A stretch of DNA of 64,000 nucleotides. It comes from Burkholderiales bacterium (lineage in GTDB: Bacteria > Pseudomonadota > Gammaproteobacteria > Burkholderiales > SG8-39). The stretch spans positions 101 through 64,100 of the forward strand of contig DASSQD010000047.1 in assembly GCA_035702665.1 (NCBI GenBank). The letters run 5' to 3'. Below, one piece after another: positions 1 to 9,378 of the stretch. Positions within the stretch are counted from its first letter, which is position 1, and every line of letters starts with the position of its first letter. The translations under genes and the position numbers were made by a program. The notes beneath the pieces are model-generated. The model had not been told where the DNA came from. It saw only the letters and a program-made list of their open reading frames with translations, and did no database searches.

Positions 1-2502
1 GTTCGGAACCGTCACATCCGCGTTCAGCGTCACCCCGTCGAAGGTTCCCGTGGCCCCGGCAGCCAGCACGAGTTGCGCCCCGGCGCTGCCGATCGTGCCG
101 TTCAGAATCCTGCCGTTCTGCCCCAGCTGCACATTGCCCGTGGTCGCCGTCGGCGCAAAGGTCGCTCCGGTGTTGTCCAGCGTCCCCTGCGTGATGACCA
201 CCGTGCCCCCGGCGCCGTTGAGCCCCGCCAGCGAAGCCGTGGTGAAGGTCCCCTCCAGGTTCAGCGTCCCGCCGCCGCTGGCCAGCAGCGTCCCCGTGTT
301 GTTCCAGTTCGTCGGCGCGATCGTCAGCACCGAGCCCGCGCCCGTGGCGCTCAGCGTCCCGCTGTTGCTCAGCGTCCCGTTGCCGTTGATCGCGACCGTC
401 TTGCCCGCATCCGAGCTGATCGTCCCCTGGTTGGCGATCGTCGTCCCGCTGCTGACGCCGACGGTGCCGCTCTGGCCGCCCGCGCCGCTGTGCACCGTCA
501 CCTGGGTTCCGATCGTCAGCGTCTGGTTGGCGTTCAGATTCGAATTCAGGGAGTCGGCCGTGCTCGTGCCGCCGAAGATCACCTCGCCGCTGCCCCCCAG
601 CGTCTGCGAGGCCCCGATGAAGTCAAGCTGCGATACGTTCCCCGTGCTCGCCAGCGTGATCCTGTGACCGTTGGCCAGCGTCAGCCCGTTCACCACGTCC
701 AGCAGCGTGTTGTTCGGAACCGTCACATCCGCGTTCAGCGTCAATGCGCTGAACACCGAGGTCGTGTTTGCGCCGATCGTGATGCCGCCCGCTCCCGCGG
801 ACAGCGTGCCGCCGTTCAATGCGATCGTGGCTCCGCTGATCGTGGTCGCGCCACCCGCGTTGAGCGCGAGGTCGAGCGCGTTTCCCGCCGCGGTGGACTC
901 GATCGTCGCGCCGCTGTGGATATCGATATTGCCGGCCGCCTGGAGGGTCAAGCTCGCCGCGGCGCCCGTCGTCTTGTTGATGGTCACGGCCCCGCCCGCG
1001 TCGGCGCTGCCGGACACTGTGATGTTTCCGGCTTCGGCGCCCGACGTCCCGGTCGTGACCGTGACGCTGGTCCCGCCGTTCAGCGCGCTCTGGATTTGCG
1101 CCGCCTGGACATTCGCGCCGGTGGCGATTGCGTCGAAGGTCGCCGTGGTCGCGTTGACGCCGGCGTTGGCGTTGTTGGAGATCGTCAGGTTGAACGGATC
1201 GAGCAGCCACCGACCCGCCGTGCCGGCAGTCGCGCCGGCGTCAACCGACCCGCCGGCATCGAGGACATTGTGGCTCGAGGTCTCGACGAACCCGCCGTTC
1301 CCGCCCCGCGCTCCGCCTCTGGCGCTGATGTTGCCGTAGAAACGCGTAACGTCGTCCGACCAGACGACGACCTTGCCGCCGTCGCCGTTCACCGTCGCAT
1401 CCGCCTTGATGGTCGCGTCGGGGCCGATATAGGTCGCCGACGCGTTCTGCACCGCAGCGTTCGCACCGTGGGCGTCGCCGCCCACCAGCACCGTGCCGCC
1501 GCCCGCGCTGCCGGAGGCGTCGACGGTCGCGTGCTCCGTCAGTCCGACGAAGTGGCCGAGCAGCTTGATATCGCCGCCCTTGCCGTCGGCGCCCGTCGCC
1601 GCGACGCTGCCCGAAGCGAGCAGCGTGCCCTGCTCGGCCTGGACCGTGACGCTGCCGCCGGAATCGCCGCTCGCCGAGATCGAGCTCCCCGCATCCAGCG
1701 TGACGTCCTTGCTCGCCTTGAGGAAGATGCGCCCGTCCTCGCCGCGCACCACCTGGTCGGCGTTGATGACGCCGCCGTTGCGGAGCGTCGCCGCGTAGAT
1801 GCCGATCTGTCCGCTCTTCGCGACGATCTGGCCGAGGTTCACCACGGCGTTGTCGCTCGCGGTGATCTCGACGCGCACCCCCGGAGTGCTGGTGTCGAGG
1901 ATCTTCACCGACTGCCCCGCGGCGAGGATGACGTCGCCCTGCGGGCTGGTGATGATGCCGCTGTTGTTCACCCCGGATCCGACGAGGTAGACGCTGCCGC
2001 CCGTAGGCGTGGTGATCGTCCCGCGGTTCTCCACCGCGCCCGCCGCGGCGTTCGCCTGGAAATTCAGCCGCCCCGCGAGGAAGTCCTGGTTGCTGATATT
2101 CAGCGTCGACGCCACCAGGCCCGGCACGTCGATCCTCGCGCCTTCTCCGACGAGTATGCCCGAGGGGTTGATGAGGAAGACGCGGCCGTTGGAAGTGAGC
2201 GTCCCCAGCAGTACCGAGGGGTCGGGACCGACTACCCGGTTGAGGACGGCGGAGGTGCTGCTCTGCTGGATGAACCGCGTGGTCTCGCCCGCGGCGATCG
2301 AGAAGCCCTGCCAGTTGATGATGGCGCCGGGGCTGTTGGTGATGTTGAGCGTCGTCCCCTGCTGGGCGATGGAGACCTGCCCGTTGACGACCTGCGGACC
2401 GACCGGATTGGCCTTGGCGGCCGGAACGCACAGCGACAGCACGAGCGCGCAGAGCAGCTTGCGCTGGAATGGACGACCCGCGTCGCTGGTTGCGCGCAGC
2501 AC
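1..2502 (-). CDS. TpsA / filamentous-haemagglutinin-family exoprotein (N-terminal part; runs off window edge)
   Basis: Not in the ORF track (no stop in window). Manual reverse translation from GTG 2502, after GGGAGGGG: signal peptide ...LLCALVLSLCVPAAKA, then TPS domain NPVGPQVVNG...AIINWQGFSI...VLNRV...SNGRVFLINPSG, then G/T/N/S/L-rich beta-helix-like sequence. Adjacent to TpsB. Confidence 0.92.
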   Translation of the reverse strand, partial: MLRATSDAGRPFQRKLLCALVLSLCVPAAKANPVGPQVVNGQVSIAQQGTTLNITNSPGAIINWQGFSIAAGETTRFIQQSSTSAVLNRVVGPDPSVLLGTLTSNGRVFLINPSGILVGEGARIDVPGLVASTLNISNQDFLAGRLNFQANAAAGAVENRGTITTPTGGSVYLVGSGVNNSGIITSPQGDVILAAGQSVKILDTSTPGVRVEITASDNAVVNLGQIVAKSGQIGIYAATLRNGGVINADQVVRGEDGRIFLKASKDVTLDAGSSISASGDSGGSVTVQAEQGTLLASGSVAATGADGKGGDIKLLGHFVGLTEHATVDASGSAGGGTVLVGGDAHGANAAVQNASATYIGPDATIKADATVNGDGGKVVVWSDDVTRFYGNISARGGARGGNGGFVETSSHNVLDAGGSVDAGATAGTAGRWLLDPFNLTISNNANAGVNATTATFDAIATGANVQAAQIQSALNGGTSVTVTTGTSGAEAGNITVSGSADAGGAVTINKTTGAAASLTLQAAGNIDIHSGATIESTAAGNALDLALNAGGATTISGATIALNGGTLSAGAGGITIGANTTSVFSALTLNADVTVPNNTLLDVVNGLTLANGHRITLASTGNVSQLDFIGASQTLGGSGEVIFGGTSTADSLNSNLNANQTLTIGTQVTVHSGAGGQSGTVGVSSGTTIANQGTISSDAGKTVAINGNGTLSNSGTLSATGAGSVLTIAPTNWNNTGTLLASGGGTLNLEGTFTTASLAGLNGAGGTVVITQGTLDNTGATFAPTATTGNVQLGQNGRILNGTIGSAGAQLVLAAGATGTFDGVTLNADVTVPN
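712..743. repeat. 32-bp exact direct repeat within tpsA (second copy at 1-32; period 711 nt = 237 aa)
   Basis: GTTCGGAACCGTCACATCCGCGTTCAGCGTCA at 1-32 and 712-743, same frame (TLNADVTVPN). Confidence 0.85.
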
Positions 2503-2599
2503 TCTTGGCCCCTCCCGCCAGAGAAGCAGTGTATCAGCGCCGCGGAAACCGCGACGGTGAACTACTTGGCGGGGAAAAAGTGACATACGGCACCGTTTC

Positions 2600-4228
2600 C
2601 TAGAACCCGTAGTAGAGCGCGACGTGGCCGCGGGTGTCGCCCCGGCTTTCGCTCGCCGCCCCGCGCAGCACCCACGCGACATCGAAGCGCAGGCTGAGAG
2701 TTCTCTCGATGTTCCAACGCAAGCCTACGCCGGCGCTCGCAATGATCGCCTTCAGCGGATCGGTCTGCCCGGCGAGCAGATGGTTCTCCGCCCAGCCGTA
2801 GTCGTAGAACACCAGGGCGCGAAGCGGGCCCTCGCCCAGATGAAGCGGCCTGGAAATGTTCGGTGTGTAGACCTCGACGTTGCCGACGTAGCCGTGGTCG
2901 CGCGCGATCTCGCGCTCGAGGAAGCCCCGCACCGCCGTGGCGCCGGCGATGCTGAACTGCTCGCCGGACACCAGGGCGTCGCGGGTAAGCTGGGCGGCGA
3001 GCGCCGCGCGCAACAGCCAATCGCCGGCGAACGCCCGGGACTGGCTCGCGCCGATGCGCGCGAGCGAGTAATGTGCGCTCGCGCCCGGCTCGCCCGGCTC
3101 GTCGCTCGGCCGTGCGGCGCTGAAATCCGCGTCGCTGCCGTTCTTGCCGCCGGGAATATTGTGCGCATAGCCCAGGCTGATGTCGCTGACCCGGCCCGGC
3201 GTCGACCAGTTGCCGTAATACGTAAGGCTCGCCGGCCTGACCGTGACGCTCGCCCCCGTCGGGCCGCAGCCGGCCGAGCCGAAGACCCCCAGCGTGCAGG
3301 CGTTCTGGTACTGCCGCTCGTCGAGCCCGTACACGATGCGATGCGAGTATTCGCCGTGGCGCGCGAGCAGCTGGTTGTAGCGCAGGCCGTAGACGTCGCC
3401 CTTGCCCGAGAACGCCAGCGGGCCGAAGGTCGTCTGGGTCACGCCGGCGTCGACATCGGAGTACGCGGCGAAGACGTCGATCGAGTCGCCGAGCGCGTAC
3501 AGCGGCACGCGATAGCTGGCGCTGTAGATCTTCACCTGGCTTACCCGGTCGGAGGTGATGAAGTTGAGGGTGGCGACGTGGTCGCGATCCCAGAGGTTCG
3601 CGTGCTGCACGCCCACCCCGAAGCGGTAGTCCCCGGTCTGCTGGTTGCCGGTGTTGTCCAGGGTGACGAAGGGCTTGAGCGGCCTGGAATCGGCCACGCC
3701 GACGCGCGCCTCGACCTCGCCTTCCTTCTCGCCGAGGCGCAGGACGACGTCGGCCTGCTTCGCCGGATTCTCGTTCGCCAGCTGCACGTTGGCGGAGATG
3801 TCGGCGGCCCGCGGCGACACGCCTTCCTTGAGCGCGGGAAGGCTCGCGCGGATGTTGGCATCCGAGAACGACTTGTTGCCTTCGACGACGACGCGGCTGA
3901 TGCGCGATTCGAGCACGTTCAGCCGCACCGAGCCCTTGCCGAGTTCCTGCTCGGGCACGGTGACCGACACGGCGCTGTATCCCGCGGAGCGGTAGCGCAG
4001 CTCGAGGGCCTCGAGCGCGCGCTGCACGTCGCCGTACTCGCGGCGCTTGCCGGTGAAGGGCTTGAGGACCTCATCGATGTCGGCGGCCGGCAACAGCGTG
4101 TTGCCGACGACCTCGAAGCGGTCGATGTCGAAGCGCTCGGTCTCCGCCTGAGCGTGGGCAAGCAGCGGCACCGCGGCCAATACCGCGCATCCGATCCATC
4201 GCCGCAAGCCGGACGAAGGAACCGCCAC
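2600..4228 (-). CDS. TpsB (ShlB/FhaC/HecB family) outer-membrane secretion/activation protein
   Basis: Signal peptide, POTRA domains (FEVVGNTLL...YRSAGY...VPEQEL), LDNTG motif, VRGF loop-6 motif, C-terminal Phe. Confidence 0.93.
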   Translation of the reverse strand: MAVPSSGLRRWIGCAVLAAVPLLAHAQAETERFDIDRFEVVGNTLLPAADIDEVLKPFTGKRREYGDVQRALEALELRYRSAGYSAVSVTVPEQELGKGSVRLNVLESRISRVVVEGNKSFSDANIRASLPALKEGVSPRAADISANVQLANENPAKQADVVLRLGEKEGEVEARVGVADSRPLKPFVTLDNTGNQQTGDYRFGVGVQHANLWDRDHVATLNFITSDRVSQVKIYSASYRVPLYALGDSIDVFAAYSDVDAGVTQTTFGPLAFSGKGDVYGLRYNQLLARHGEYSHRIVYGLDERQYQNACTLGVFGSAGCGPTGASVTVRPASLTYYGNWSTPGRVSDISLGYAHNIPGGKNGSDADFSAARPSDEPGEPGASAHYSLARIGASQSRAFAGDWLLRAALAAQLTRDALVSGEQFSIAGATAVRGFLEREIARDHGYVGNVEVYTPNISRPLHLGEGPLRALVFYDYGWAENHLLAGQTDPLKAIIASAGVGLRWNIERTLSLRFDVAWVLRGAASESRGDTRGHVALYYGF

Positions 4229-4339
4229 CTCCCCTCCCTGAGATCAAGGCCCTGGGACCTTCCGGGCCCTAGTGAAAAGACAGCGTGAGGCGCGCTTCTA
4301 TTCCCGCCCGATTCTAGCGCAGTTTCCGCCCCGGCCTGG

Positions 4340-5995
4340 CTACATAGGTTTCGACGAGTACACGATCTTCCCGCCGACCATGGTCATCAGCGGTTTGATG
4401 TCCTTGATCTGCGCTACGGGCACCGAGAGGTAGTCGCGATCGAGAACGAGGAGGTCGGCGTACTTGCCGGGCTGGATCGAGCCGAGATTGTTCTCCTGGA
4501 AGATGAAGAGCGCGTTGCTGCGCGTGTGCGCGATCAGTGCCTGCTCGCGGCTGACGGTCTGGCGGTTCACCTTGCGCCCGCCGATCATGCGCCCGGTCAC
4601 GGCGAAGGAAAGCGTGTAGAACGGATTGGACGGGGTCACCGCGGTAGCGTCCGAGCCCAGGCCCCAGACGATGCCGCTGTCCTGCACGCGCTTGAACGGC
4701 GGCATGTCCCAGGCGCGATCGCCGTGCACCGCGTGCATCAGCGCGCCCTGGATGAGCGGGCGGCTGTGAAGCCCGGCGTACAGGCCCAGGCGCTTCATGC
4801 GCTCGAGCTGCGCGTCGGTGACCTGGTCGAGATGCGACAGTACCCAGCGCAGGCCCTTGATCGGCTCGACCTTGTTCACGGCCTCCATCTCCGTCAGGTA
4901 GGCGTCGATCGCGTTCTCCATCTCGACGTGCGCGTTGAGGAACATGCCGCTCTCGGCAACCGCGTTCAGGATGCGCCGCACCTGGCGCATGTCGTCGGGC
5001 TTCACCACGAAGTCGTTGCGCAGCAGCTGGGTGGTCGCGGGCAGATAGACCGACTCGCCCCAGCCGATATTGTCGAAGGTGTCGCTCCCCTGGAAGGGCG
5101 TCGCCTGCTGGATCTCGGTGAGCACCTTGTCGACCTCCACAGGCGTCGCCGGCTGCCTGATGGTGGTCCAGAAAGCGCGCGCGTTCAGCTCGCCGCGATC
5201 GGCGAGCGTGCGGTACGCCTCGTAGTGCCGCGCGTCGACTCCGCGCCCGCCGGCGTCGTACCAGGCGGTGATGCCCATCGCGTTCAGCCCGGAGACGAAC
5301 TTGCGCACGTTCGCGACCCATTGCTCCTTGTCGGGCAGCGGCATCTTGGCGGCGATGAAGGCGACGCCGCCCGCGCCGCTCACCACGCCGGTGGGCCGGC
5401 CCGTGGAGTCCTTCTCGATCGCGCCGCCGCGCGGGTCGGCCGTCGCCGCGTCTATGCCCGCCGCCTTCAGGGCGGCGCCGTTCAGGTAGCTGCGGATGTA
5501 GACCGCCTGGAGCACGACCGGGTTGTCCGGCGCGATGCGGTCGAGCTCTTCGAGCGAGAAGCCGCGCGGCTCGTCGGTGAACTGGTCCTCTGACCAGCCG
5601 CCGAGCGTTGCGATCCATTCTCCGGGTCGCGCGCCGCGCACGCGCTCGGCGAGCAGAGCGAGCGCCCTCGCGTGCGAGGTCACGCCGTCCAAGCGCAGCT
5701 CGTCGTGCTCGGGGGCGCGGATGAAGTGCGCATGGTTGTCGATCAGCCCCGGGATTACCGTCCGCGTCTTCAGGTCGATCACCCTGGTTCCGGGCCCCTG
5801 GTGCTCGAGCACGTCCGCGTTCTTGCCGACCGCGATGATGCGCTCTCCGCGGATCGCGACGCCCTGTGCGAAGCTGAAGCGCTGATCGACCGTGACGATC
5901 CTGCCGTTGAGCAGAATGGTGTCGGCGCGCTCTGCCGCAAAGGCGCCCTGGAGCGCCGCGACGGCGAAGAACGCGGCGCAGATGGATCTCCTCAT
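4340..5995 (-). CDS. Exported amidohydrolase (amidohydrolase_3 / YtcJ-like)
   Basis: Start MRRSICAAFF overlaps the upstream stop (ATGA); VIPGLIDNHAH metal motif; C-terminal GSIQPGKYADLLVLDRD. Confidence 0.88.
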   Translation of the reverse strand: MRRSICAAFFAVAALQGAFAAERADTILLNGRIVTVDQRFSFAQGVAIRGERIIAVGKNADVLEHQGPGTRVIDLKTRTVIPGLIDNHAHFIRAPEHDELRLDGVTSHARALALLAERVRGARPGEWIATLGGWSEDQFTDEPRGFSLEELDRIAPDNPVVLQAVYIRSYLNGAALKAAGIDAATADPRGGAIEKDSTGRPTGVVSGAGGVAFIAAKMPLPDKEQWVANVRKFVSGLNAMGITAWYDAGGRGVDARHYEAYRTLADRGELNARAFWTTIRQPATPVEVDKVLTEIQQATPFQGSDTFDNIGWGESVYLPATTQLLRNDFVVKPDDMRQVRRILNAVAESGMFLNAHVEMENAIDAYLTEMEAVNKVEPIKGLRWVLSHLDQVTDAQLERMKRLGLYAGLHSRPLIQGALMHAVHGDRAWDMPPFKRVQDSGIVWGLGSDATAVTPSNPFYTLSFAVTGRMIGGRKVNRQTVSREQALIAHTRSNALFIFQENNLGSIQPGKYADLLVLDRDYLSVPVAQIKDIKPLMTMVGGKIVYSSKPM

Positions 5996-8373
5996 TGGGC
6001 TCTCTCCTCGCGCCGCATGATAACTCGGCGAGCCGCGCGGATGGCGCGCCAGACGCGCTCGGGCGTCGCGGGCAGCTCGATATGCTCCACGCCCAGCTCG
6101 GCGAGCGCGTCGACGATCGCGTTGGCGACCGCGGCGAGCGCCGGGGTCGTGCCGCCCTCGCCGCCGGCGCGTATTCCCAGCGGGTGGGCCGGCGACGGGA
6201 CTTCGCTCAGCTCCGTGGCGAAGTCGGGGAAGTGGTCCGCGCGCGGCATGGCGTAGTCCATGAAGGAGCCCGACAGCATCTGGCCGCTCTGCGGATCGTA
6301 GCGGCACTCCTCGAGCAGGGCCTGGCCCGCGCCCTGCGCGAAGCCGCCGTGCGTCTGGCCGTGGAGGATGAGCGGGTTGACCGCGCGGCCGACGTCGTCG
6401 ACCGCCGCGAGGCGCTCTATCCTCACGACCCCGGTCTCCGGATCGACCTCGACTTCGCATACTTGGCAGCCGTAGGGAAAAGCGGCGACGCGCAGGGTCT
6501 CAGTGTGCGCCGCCGCGAGCGGCTGCGCCGCGGCGACCTCGAAGATCCCGATCGAGCGGTCGGTGCCCTTCACCGAGAAGCGCCCGCCGTCGAACTCGAT
6601 GTCCGCGGGCGCGACCTCGAGGAGCCCCGCGGCGATCGCCTTCCCCTGCTCGAGGATGCCCTCGGACGCCTTCCCGAGAACGATGCTTGCGTAGCGCATC
6701 GAGCGGCCCGAGTGCGAACCGCCGCCTTCGGACACGATGTCGGTGTCGCCCTGAGTCAGCATCACGCTCTCGAAGGGCACCCCCAGCCACTCGACGAGCA
6801 GCTGCGCGAAGCTCGTCTCGTGGCCCTGTCCGCTCGAGAGCGTGCCGATGACGGCGTCGACGCGGCCCTCGGGCCGGACCGTGATCTCCGCGCGCTCGGT
6901 GGGAAACCCCGACGTCACCTCGACATAATTGGCGACTCCGATGCCGCGCAACATTCCCCGCCGGCGCGCCTCGGCGCGGCGCGCCTCGAATCCGCTCCAG
7001 TCGCCCAATGCGAGTGCGGACCTCATCGCTCTTGCGTACGCCCCGCTGTCGTAGACGAGGCCGAAGGCGTTGCGGAACGGCATCGCCGATTCCGGGACGA
7101 GGTTGCGCGCCCGCAGCTCGACGCGGTCCACGCCCAGCTTGCGCGCCGCGAGATCGATCAGGCGCTCGATGACGAAGATCGCTTCGGGACGGCCCGCGCT
7201 GCGGTACGGCGTCGTCGGCGGCGTGTTGGAAAGCACGGCGCGTGCGCGAACGTGGGCCGCGGCGAAGCGATAAACGCTCGTGATGATGGACGCCCCCTTC
7301 GACAGCGGCACGTGCGAAGCCGAGTGCGCGCCGGCGTTGCTCAGATTGGCGGCGCGGAACGCCAGGAAATTCCCCTGCGCGTCGAGCGCGAGCGCCGCCT
7401 CGACGGTCAGGTCCCGGCCCTGGTAATCGGTGAGGAAGGCCTCGCTCCGCTCGCAGGTCCATTTCACCGGGCGGCCCAGGCGCTTCGATGCCCACGCGAC
7501 CAACGCAAACTCGGGAAAGAAGCTGTTTTTCGTTCCGAAGTTGCCGCCGGTGTCGCGGGCGACGACCCGAACCGCGCCCTCTTCGACGCCGAGCATGGCC
7601 GCGAGCTCGCGCTTCTGGCGCACTACCCCGCCCGAGCCGGCGTAGAGCGTGTAGCGCTTCGCCGCCGTATCGTAGGACCCGAGCGCGGCGCGCGGCTCCA
7701 TCGGCACGCCGGTGACGCGCTGCACGCGCGTCCGCAGCCGCACGACGTGCGCGGCGCGCGCGAGCGCGGTCTCGGTCGCCTGCGCGTCGCCCAGGTCCGC
7801 GTCTATGGTCACGTTCGAGTCGCGCCCCTCCCACAAAAGCGGCGCGCCCGCTGCCGCCGCGTCGGTCGCAAGCACCGCTGCGGCGAGCGGGTCGTAGTCG
7901 ACGAGGACCCGCTCCGCCGCGTCGCGAGCTGCCGCAAGCGATTCCGCGATGACCATGGCGACCGCCTCGCCGACGAAGCGCGCCCTGTCCGCGGGCAGCG
8001 GATAGTGCGGCGCGATGAATATCGCAGAACCGTCCCGGTTGTGCAGCGCGATGTCGGGCGGGGCCGCGGAGAATGGACGATGCGGGATCGGCTTCAGTCC
8101 GTCCCCGAGGTAGTCCGCGCCAGTGAGCACCGAGAGGACTCCCGGCGCGGCGAGCGCCTCGCTGGCATCGATTGCCGCGATGCGCGCGTGCGCGTGCGGC
8201 GAGCGCACCATGACCGCGTACGCTTGACCGGGGAGATCGAGGTCGTCGCTGAACCTCCCCTGGCCGGTGAGCAGGCGCGCATCCTCCTTGCGCGGGACCG
8301 GAGCTCCGATGCCCGCAAATTGCTTCTCCGATCGAGACAAGGCGGCTTCTTCTGTTTTGAACCGCGGTATCAT
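5992..8373 (-). CDS. Xanthine dehydrogenase/CoxL-family molybdopterin-binding large subunit
   Basis: RKEDARLLTG, VRSPHAHA, MEPR, GGNFG, PYRSAGRPEA, GQGHET, GGEGG motifs; start uncertain (ATG 8373 or TTG 8340). Confidence 0.9.
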   Translation of the reverse strand: MIPRFKTEEAALSRSEKQFAGIGAPVPRKEDARLLTGQGRFSDDLDLPGQAYAVMVRSPHAHARIAAIDASEALAAPGVLSVLTGADYLGDGLKPIPHRPFSAAPPDIALHNRDGSAIFIAPHYPLPADRARFVGEAVAMVIAESLAAARDAAERVLVDYDPLAAAVLATDAAAAGAPLLWEGRDSNVTIDADLGDAQATETALARAAHVVRLRTRVQRVTGVPMEPRAALGSYDTAAKRYTLYAGSGGVVRQKRELAAMLGVEEGAVRVVARDTGGNFGTKNSFFPEFALVAWASKRLGRPVKWTCERSEAFLTDYQGRDLTVEAALALDAQGNFLAFRAANLSNAGAHSASHVPLSKGASIITSVYRFAAAHVRARAVLSNTPPTTPYRSAGRPEAIFVIERLIDLAARKLGVDRVELRARNLVPESAMPFRNAFGLVYDSGAYARAMRSALALGDWSGFEARRAEARRRGMLRGIGVANYVEVTSGFPTERAEITVRPEGRVDAVIGTLSSGQGHETSFAQLLVEWLGVPFESVMLTQGDTDIVSEGGGSHSGRSMRYASIVLGKASEGILEQGKAIAAGLLEVAPADIEFDGGRFSVKGTDRSIGIFEVAAAQPLAAAHTETLRVAAFPYGCQVCEVEVDPETGVVRIERLAAVDDVGRAVNPLILHGQTHGGFAQGAGQALLEECRYDPQSGQMLSGSFMDYAMPRADHFPDFATELSEVPSPAHPLGIRAGGEGGTTPALAAVANAIVDALAELGVEHIELPATPERVWRAIRAARRVIMRREERAQ

Positions 8374-8402
8374 GGCACGGTCCGCTCGCCACCCGTCAAG
8401 CC

Positions 8403-9368
8403 ATGGTCTCGTTCCCCGGAATCGCCGCCTGCGTCCTGTGCGTCGCGTTCTCGCCCCTTCTCGCCGCACAGGACTATCCGTCGAAGCCCGTCCACGTCTA
8501 CGTTCCCTCCAGCCCGGGCGGCGCCTCCGACATCGCCGCGCGCCTCCTGAGCCCCCGGCTCGCCGAGATGCTCGGCCAGCCCTTCGTGGTGGAGAACCGC
8601 GTCACTTCCGGGGGGATCGTGGGCACCACGCAGCTCGCGAAGGCGCAGGCCGACGGCTACGCCATCATGGTGACCTTCGACACCTTCGCCTCCAACCCGC
8701 ACCTCTACAAGGAGCTGCCGTACGACGTGGTGAAGGACTTCGCGCCGATCATGCTGGTTGCGCGCTATCCGCAGATCCTGGTCGTGCATCCGAGCCTCGG
8801 AGTGAGGACCGTTCCGGAGCTCGTCGCCTACGCCAAGGAAAATCCGGGGAAGCTGAACTACGGTTCGGCCGGTCCCGCGTCCTCCAGCCGCCTCGCGTTC
8901 GAGCTGTTCAAGGACGCCGCAGGCATCCAGGCGGCCGCGGTCAACTACAAGGGAGGAGGCCCGGCGATCAACGATCTCGTCGCCGGCACGGTCCAAGTCA
9001 TGCTGATCCAGGCCGGCGGGACGATTGGACAGAGCGTGAAATCGGGGAAGCTCGTCGGCCTTGCCACGAGCGGCCGGCAGCGCTCGCCGCATTTCCCCGA
9101 GCTGCCGACGATCGCCGACTTCTACCCGGGCTTCGAGACGACGTCGTGGGTGGGAGCCATCGCACCCGCCGGGACGCCGCACGCGATCGTGGAGAAACTC
9201 AACGCCGCGCTGGCGAGGATCCTCGCCGAGCCGGACACGAAGGCCAGGTTCGACTTGCAGAGCGCCGAGATCGCAGCGAGCACCCCGGAGCAGTTCGGCG
9301 ATTTCATCAAGTCCGAATCGGCAAAGTGGGGCAAGGTCATCCGCGAGAAGCACATCCATATCGACTGA
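8403..9368 (+). CDS. Bug/TctC tripartite tricarboxylate transporter substrate-binding protein
   Basis: YPSKPV, PGGASD, VVENR, DGY, YKGGGPA, ~320 aa. Confidence 0.93.
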   Translation: MVSFPGIAACVLCVAFSPLLAAQDYPSKPVHVYVPSSPGGASDIAARLLSPRLAEMLGQPFVVENRVTSGGIVGTTQLAKAQADGYAIMVTFDTFASNPHLYKELPYDVVKDFAPIMLVARYPQILVVHPSLGVRTVPELVAYAKENPGKLNYGSAGPASSSRLAFELFKDAAGIQAAAVNYKGGGPAINDLVAGTVQVMLIQAGGTIGQSVKSGKLVGLATSGRQRSPHFPELPTIADFYPGFETTSWVGAIAPAGTPHAIVEKLNAALARILAEPDTKARFDLQSAEIAASTPEQFGDFIKSESAKWGKVIREKHIHID

Positions 9369-9378
9369 CCGTCTCCGG

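Noticed and set aside
1..2502. CDI toxin (cdiA)
   Set aside because: C-terminal toxin and immunity gene are not visible; cannot be supported from this window.
73..2583. 836-aa plus-strand ORF and the many other long Arg/Ala/Pro-rich overlapping ORFs (e.g. 5995-8550, 55904-59236)
   Set aside because: Shadow frames of GC-rich genes; no motifs, and each overlaps a recognisable CDS.
5992..8373. Aerobic CO dehydrogenase coxL
   Set aside because: Lacks the form I AYxCSFR loop (has PYRSAGR) and has no coxM/coxS neighbours.
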